Of a stretch of 64,000 bases of DNA, positions 58,372-64,000 are shown piece after piece (position 1 is the stretch's first letter; every line of letters begins with the position of its first letter). The notes beneath the pieces are model-generated. The model did not search any database, was not told the origin of the DNA, and saw only the letters and a program-made list of their open reading frames with translations. Source of the stretch: an uncultured Candidatus Saccharibacteria bacterium (lineage in GTDB: Bacteria; Patescibacteriota; Minisyncoccia; Phycocordibacterales; UBA6899); assembly GCA_964515375.1 (NCBI GenBank), contig CAZERF010000006.1, positions 16,133-80,132 of the forward strand. The letters run 5' to 3'. A program made the position numbers and the translations under genes.

Positions 58372-58445
58372 GTCGGCGTAGCTCAGTCGGTTAGAGCGTG
58401 GGACTCATAAGCCCGAGGTCGGAGGTTCGATTCCTCCCGCCGACA
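58372..58445 (+). tRNA. tRNA with a CAU anticodon (elongator Met, or Ile2 if lysidine-modified)
   Basis: GUCGGCG-UA-GCUC-AGUCGGUUA-GAGC-G-UGGGA-CUCAUAA-GCCCG-AGGUC-GGAGG-UUCGAUU-CCUCC-CGCCGAC-A. Confidence 0.7.
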
Positions 58446-58643
58446 CAAGAAAGACACACCAGTGGCTTTCGGTTCGGCGAGCGGGTGAAGATTTCTCTCG
58501 TCGTACATGTGTTTTGATTTTCTGTGAGTTGTGCTAGGATAGGAACGTTCGCGATGATAAGAAATGCTGATAAAAAAACATTCTTGTCCACCGCGGCATT
58601 CGGAGAAAATAAGAATGATGCATTTTTATTTTCATCCTCATTT

Positions 58644-58717
58644 GCGGTGGTAGCTCAACTGGTTAGAGCACCCGCCTGTCACGTGGGAGGTTGCGGGTTC
58701 GAGTCCCGTCCGCCGCG
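58644..58717 (+). tRNA. tRNA-Asp (anticodon GUC)
   Basis: GCGGUGG-UA-GCUC-AACUGGUUA-GAGC-A-CCCGC-CUGUCAC-GUGGG-AGGUU-GCGGG-UUCGAGU-CCCGU-CCGCCGC-G. Confidence 0.85.
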
Positions 58718-59125
58718 CAAATGCAAAAGCACCCCGAAAGGGGTGGTTTTGTTTGTGCGGTGGAGGAAGCATCTGCATGCTTCCGTGCGGGACGAGAAAA
58801 CCTTGGTGATGTTTTGGCCCTGCAAAACCACCAAGGTGTACCGCTCCAGTAAGGAGAGAGTCCCGTCCGCCGCGCAAATGCAAAAATCCGCTGTTTAGGC
58901 GGATTTTTGTTTGCGTGGCGGAGGAAGTGCCCTGCGGCACTTCCGACGGGACTCGAAAGGGTTTTCGTTATTTATGAGCGCATCGCGCGAATAAATCGAA
59001 AACCACCCGCGGCGGTAGCCGAGAGTCCCCGTATTTTCACCGCGCAAATGCAAAAGCACCCCGAAAGGGGTGATTTTGTTTGTGCGGTGGAGGAAGCATC
59101 TGCATGCTTCCGAAAATAAACGAGG
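58718..59125 (+). repeat. Three tandem tRNA-Asp-derived structured units. Each is: CAAAUGCAAAA spacer, terminator hairpin, acceptor-like GCGGUGG, CUGC-loop hairpin, T-stem with a long inserted hairpin, tRNA-Asp 3' end. The last unit is truncated.
   Basis: Near-identical 74-bp blocks at 58713-58786 and 59039-59112, with a diverged copy at 58873-58946. Exact copies of the tRNA-Asp 3' 17-mer gagtcccgtccgccgcg lie at 58858-58874. Hairpins carry compensatory changes (ggaagcat-ctgc-atgcttcc versus ggaagtgcc-ctgc-ggcacttcc; gcaccccgaaaggggtg versus atccgctgtttaggcggat). Confidence 0.7.
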
Positions 59126-59127
59126 AG

Positions 59128-59748
59128 TCAAAGATACCCCAACTCCTTGAAGACACGATAATAAATGTTGATCGTTTGTTCCGCTTCGGAACGAGAGAGC
59201 GGATAGTCGGTTCCCTTGTGCGCGATCGCATTGCGTACCTTGTGCGCCTGCCACGCCTCATCGAGATACGGAAAATCACTTGCTTCGATCATCTTCATGC
59301 GTTCGCCGAGGGTGCTTCCTTCGTAACCCATTCGCTCGACGATCTCATCAAGAATATTGTCCGCCTCAAGAATACCGATCTTCCAATCTGAAGAGTTTGT
59401 GGATGCCATGTATTCTTCCACCTTCCCCCATCGGACATTCTTTTGAGCCTTCTCCGTGGTCCAGTTGAGCAAAAGTCCGAGCTTCTTGTTCTCCTCGGCG
59501 GAAAGTTCGCCGATACGCATATACGCATAGACTGCGACAGCAAGAGCCGCCATCACAACAAGCGTGGATATAAGTTTAAGAATATTGAGTACCGAAGAAA
59601 GGATCCCCGTGACCTCAGTACTCCTCCCTGCCGCACCCACCAACTCCAGCACCACAGGAAGAAAGACAAAAAGCACAACCAGAATAGCGACAAGTTCGAG
59701 TGTACTTGGTCCCGCTGGGGGTGGTGCCGGTTTCTTTGCGTCAGCCAT
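59128..59748 (-). CDS. Membrane-anchored protein with a C-terminal HEPN-like domain (R-x4-H motif)
   Basis: Two N-terminal transmembrane helices. C-terminal …AHKVRNAIAHKGTDYPL contains an Rx4H motif of the kind seen in HEPN domains. Assignment is weak. Confidence 0.45.
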   Translation of the reverse strand: MADAKKPAPPPAGPSTLELVAILVVLFVFLPVVLELVGAAGRSTEVTGILSSVLNILKLISTLVVMAALAVAVYAYMRIGELSAEENKKLGLLLNWTTEKAQKNVRWGKVEEYMASTNSSDWKIGILEADNILDEIVERMGYEGSTLGERMKMIEASDFPYLDEAWQAHKVRNAIAHKGTDYPLSRSEAEQTINIYYRVFKELGYL

Positions 59749-59768
59749 AATGAGATCCTCTTGTTTTG

Positions 59769-61208
59769 TTAGCGTTGAACATCTTCGACCACTCGCGCGG
59801 CGAGAAAAAGTCGTTCTTCAGCAAAATGTGGTGCGAGGAACTGAATGCCGATCGGGAGCACTACCCCATCGCGCTTGACCATGCCCGAAGGGACCGAGAT
59901 ACCGGGAACTCCCGCAATATTCGCGGGAACAGTGAAGATATCTTCAAGATACATCTTGATCGGATCGGATGTTTTTTCTCCGAGGCGAAAGGCCGGCGAG
60001 GTAGTGGTCGGCGTCGCAATGACGTCCACATCGGCAAACGCGCGCTCGAGATCTCGCGTGATCATGCGGCGCACCATATTTGCTTTGTTGTAATACGCAT
60101 CATAGTATCCTGCGGAAAGTACATATGTACCAAGAAGAATGCGGCGGCGCACCTCCTTACCAAACCCTTCTCCGCGTGTCGACATGTAGACACCGAGGAG
60201 ATCATCCGCGTCGTTGGAAAGTCCATAACGGATACCGTCATATCGCGCAAGGTTTGCCGAAACTTCTGCGGGCATCAAGACATAATACACCGCGAGTGCC
60301 GAAGCGAGGGAAGGAAGTTCAATGTGCTTTACCGTATGCCCCGCAACCTCAAGTGCTTTGAGTGTCGCGAAGAAATTCTCGCGCACGTCCGGATCGATGC
60401 CATCCATCGCGACAAATGAATCGGGAACTCCGATCGTGAGAGACTTCTTTGCGGGATAACGTGTCCGCATCGGATTTTCTTCGGACAAAGAGGTGCTGTC
60501 CATTGGGTCATGTCCCGCGATCGCGCGAAAGAGTATCTCGGTATCCTCAACGGTCCGCGCGAAAGGTCCGATCTGGTCGAGCGAGGACGCCATTGACATC
60601 AATCCGTAGCGAGAGACCGCACCGTAGGTCGGTTTGAGCCCCACGATTCCACACAGTGCCGCGGGTTGGCGGATCGACCCTCCGGTATCCGAACCAAGTG
60701 AGCCAAGTACGACCCTCGAAGCGACTGCAGCAGCGGAACCCCCCGAAGATCCCCCCGGAACACGGGAGAGGTCGTGAGGATTCTTGACGGGACCAAACGC
60801 GCACGTTTCCGTAGAACTTCCCATCGCAAATTCATCCATATTCGCCCGGCCGACAATGACCGCTCCCGCATCACGGAGTTTTGTGATGACCGTCGCATCA
60901 TAGACCGCACGATGGTTCGCGAGGATCTTCGATCCGGACGAAGAGATCTTACCCTTCACGAGCATGTTGTCCTTTACTGCCAAAGGTATTCCGGTCAACG
61001 CAGTCGCCTTCCCTTCTGCGATCATACGATCGGCACGCAGAGCATCGGCAAGTGCGTCGTCAAAAAACTCGGCAAAGGCATTCGTGTCGGCATTGGATTT
61101 TTTTGCGGACGAGAGAGAGGACTCGACAAGTTCTCGTGCGGAAAATTCCTTTGCGGCAAGCTTCCGCGCGGCGGATGCGATAGTGAGCGTGGAGAGGTCG
61201 ATGGTCAT
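59769..61208 (-). CDS. gatA: Glutamyl-tRNA(Gln) / aspartyl-tRNA(Asn) amidotransferase subunit A
   Basis: Amidase signature [12 protein letters not shown] and GatA length. Translationally adjacent to gatC. Confidence 0.9.
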   Translation of the reverse strand: MTIDLSTLTIASAARKLAAKEFSARELVESSLSSAKKSNADTNAFAEFFDDALADALRADRMIAEGKATALTGIPLAVKDNMLVKGKISSSGSKILANHRAVYDATVITKLRDAGAVIVGRANMDEFAMGSSTETCAFGPVKNPHDLSRVPGGSSGGSAAAVASRVVLGSLGSDTGGSIRQPAALCGIVGLKPTYGAVSRYGLMSMASSLDQIGPFARTVEDTEILFRAIAGHDPMDSTSLSEENPMRTRYPAKKSLTIGVPDSFVAMDGIDPDVRENFFATLKALEVAGHTVKHIELPSLASALAVYYVLMPAEVSANLARYDGIRYGLSNDADDLLGVYMSTRGEGFGKEVRRRILLGTYVLSAGYYDAYYNKANMVRRMITRDLERAFADVDVIATPTTTSPAFRLGEKTSDPIKMYLEDIFTVPANIAGVPGISVPSGMVKRDGVVLPIGIQFLAPHFAEERLFLAARVVEDVQR

Positions 61209-61213
61209 GATGG

Positions 61214-61516
61214 TCAGATTATCTTTTGTACTTTGACATACCCACTCTCAGAATCGGGAGCATTGGCAAGAATGTCTTCCGTATAGGTGCCACCCGAGAG
61301 CGGGTCCGCGTCGGGGCGCATCACATTGCGCAGGTCTCCCGCACGCACGATCGGCGGCAATTCGTCCGGAGAAACTTCCTCGGTCGCAACCTTCCCGATC
61401 TCGGAAACATAGGTCAATACAGAATCAAGCTGGGCGGCAAAATACTCCTTTTCTTCCTCGGAGATCGCCACACGCGCGAGCACGGAAAGATGCTCAATAT
61501 CTTCTTTGGTCAACAT
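61214..61516 (-). CDS. gatC: Amidotransferase subunit C
   Basis: ~100 aa. LARVAISEEEKEYFAAQLDSVLTYVSEI matches GatC. Confidence 0.8.
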   Translation of the reverse strand: MLTKEDIEHLSVLARVAISEEEKEYFAAQLDSVLTYVSEIGKVATEEVSPDELPPIVRAGDLRNVMRPDADPLSGGTYTEDILANAPDSESGYVKVQKII

Positions 61517-61579
61517 GGTCTTATCCTACCCTATTTTACGAAAGGCGAAAAGGAGGCGGGCAAGCACCGCAGCCGCATA

Positions 61580-63652
<2,073 letters not shown>

Positions 63653-63672
63653 TCAAAATGACGGTCGTTCGC

Positions 63673-64000
63673 TCAAATATTACTGGTGACCTGTATCGTA
63701 CGGTTTGCACGACGAGGATTCGTCTCGTCACACGTATTGAATCCGTTTGCGGTAAACACCGTTCCACCGATGAGTGTCTTGCGCACGTGCACCTGGGCAC
63801 AGGTTGCGTTGTCTATGTAATGGATCCAGAATGTCGCTTCACCGGTTCCAGGAGTACGTGTCTCTTGCCAATTTGACTGCGCGGGGCTTGTCATTGCTAT
63901 CCGTTGTCCATCGCAAACAATGTTTCCACGAGGATACAGTGTAAAATCAAGCACCCAAGGAGAGACGTAGTCGGTTGAAGTCGGATAGATAGAATACGGC
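63673..64000 (-). CDS. 3' end of a hypothetical gene that runs off the window edge
   Basis: The frame stays open to base 64000. No domain recognised. Confidence 0.3.
   Translation of the reverse strand, partial: PYSIYPTSTDYVSPWVLDFTLYPRGNIVCDGQRIAMTSPAQSNWQETRTPGTGEATFWIHYIDNATCAQVHVRKTLIGGTVFTANGFNTCDETNPRRANRTIQVTSNI

Noticed and set aside
58718-59125. CRISPR array, retron msr/msd, or simple integrase att-site duplication as explanations for the tRNA-Asp repeats
   Set aside because: Repeat blocks are ~75 bp with irregular 90-250-bp intervening segments, and there are no cas genes. No reverse transcriptase is nearby. The duplications include terminators and structured modules beyond the tRNA 3' end, and no integrase is present in the window.
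56700-59130. Intact prophage or integrative element at the tRNA cluster
   Set aside because: No integrase, recombinase, or phage structural genes are present. Only degenerate tRNA copies and small cargo-like ORFs remain, so this is at most a decayed remnant.

Overview
This is a gene-dense, high-GC (about 58%) bacterial chromosomal window with most genes on the minus strand. Its content is a type IV prepilin-like protein, many small proteins, an unusual number of peptidoglycan-remodelling enzymes (MltG, SLT, PBP1A, VanY-like M15, two tandem M14 peptidases, PG-binding/FN3 protein), several apparently leaderless promoters, and no large biosynthetic pathways. That is compatible with a reduced-genome lineage such as CPR/Patescibacteria, but this is inference only. 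Recognisable housekeeping genes are eno, pyrG, ligA, gatC-gatA, prfB, ftsE, a separated ftsX, a PBP1A, an ABC-F ATPase and a PIF1-like helicase. Accessory content includes two exporter operons, a Trx-CcdA fusion, a NYN protein and a Gly-rich repeat protein (all in the feature list).

The most unusual segment is the tRNA island at 56.7-59.1 kb. It holds five intact tRNAs (Thr-CGT, Thr-GGT, initiator Met, Met, Asp). tRNA-Thr(CGT) is flanked by degenerate or D-arm-deleted tRNA-Thr copies. tRNA-Asp is followed by three tandem tRNA-Asp-derived units that keep a tRNA-like architecture (acceptor-like ends, T-stem, conserved hairpins with compensatory substitutions, each closed by its own terminator). 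This looks like an undescribed tRNA-derived structured RNA family rather than a simple integration scar.

Other non-standard signals are an (AGGTAGT)x6 microsatellite abutting the ftsE start codon, a G9 tract in an AT-rich intergenic island, a short RF2 with no canonical frameshift site, a glyoxalase (VOC) gene fragment with an intact terminator, a near-duplicated consensus promoter at two loci, and two perfect palindromic operators (CsoR-type and MarR). No CRISPR array, integrase, transposase or reverse transcriptase is visible.

The ORF track labels alternative start codons (GTG/TTG) as M, for example at prfB and the nuclease gene, so several starts were re-chosen by hand.
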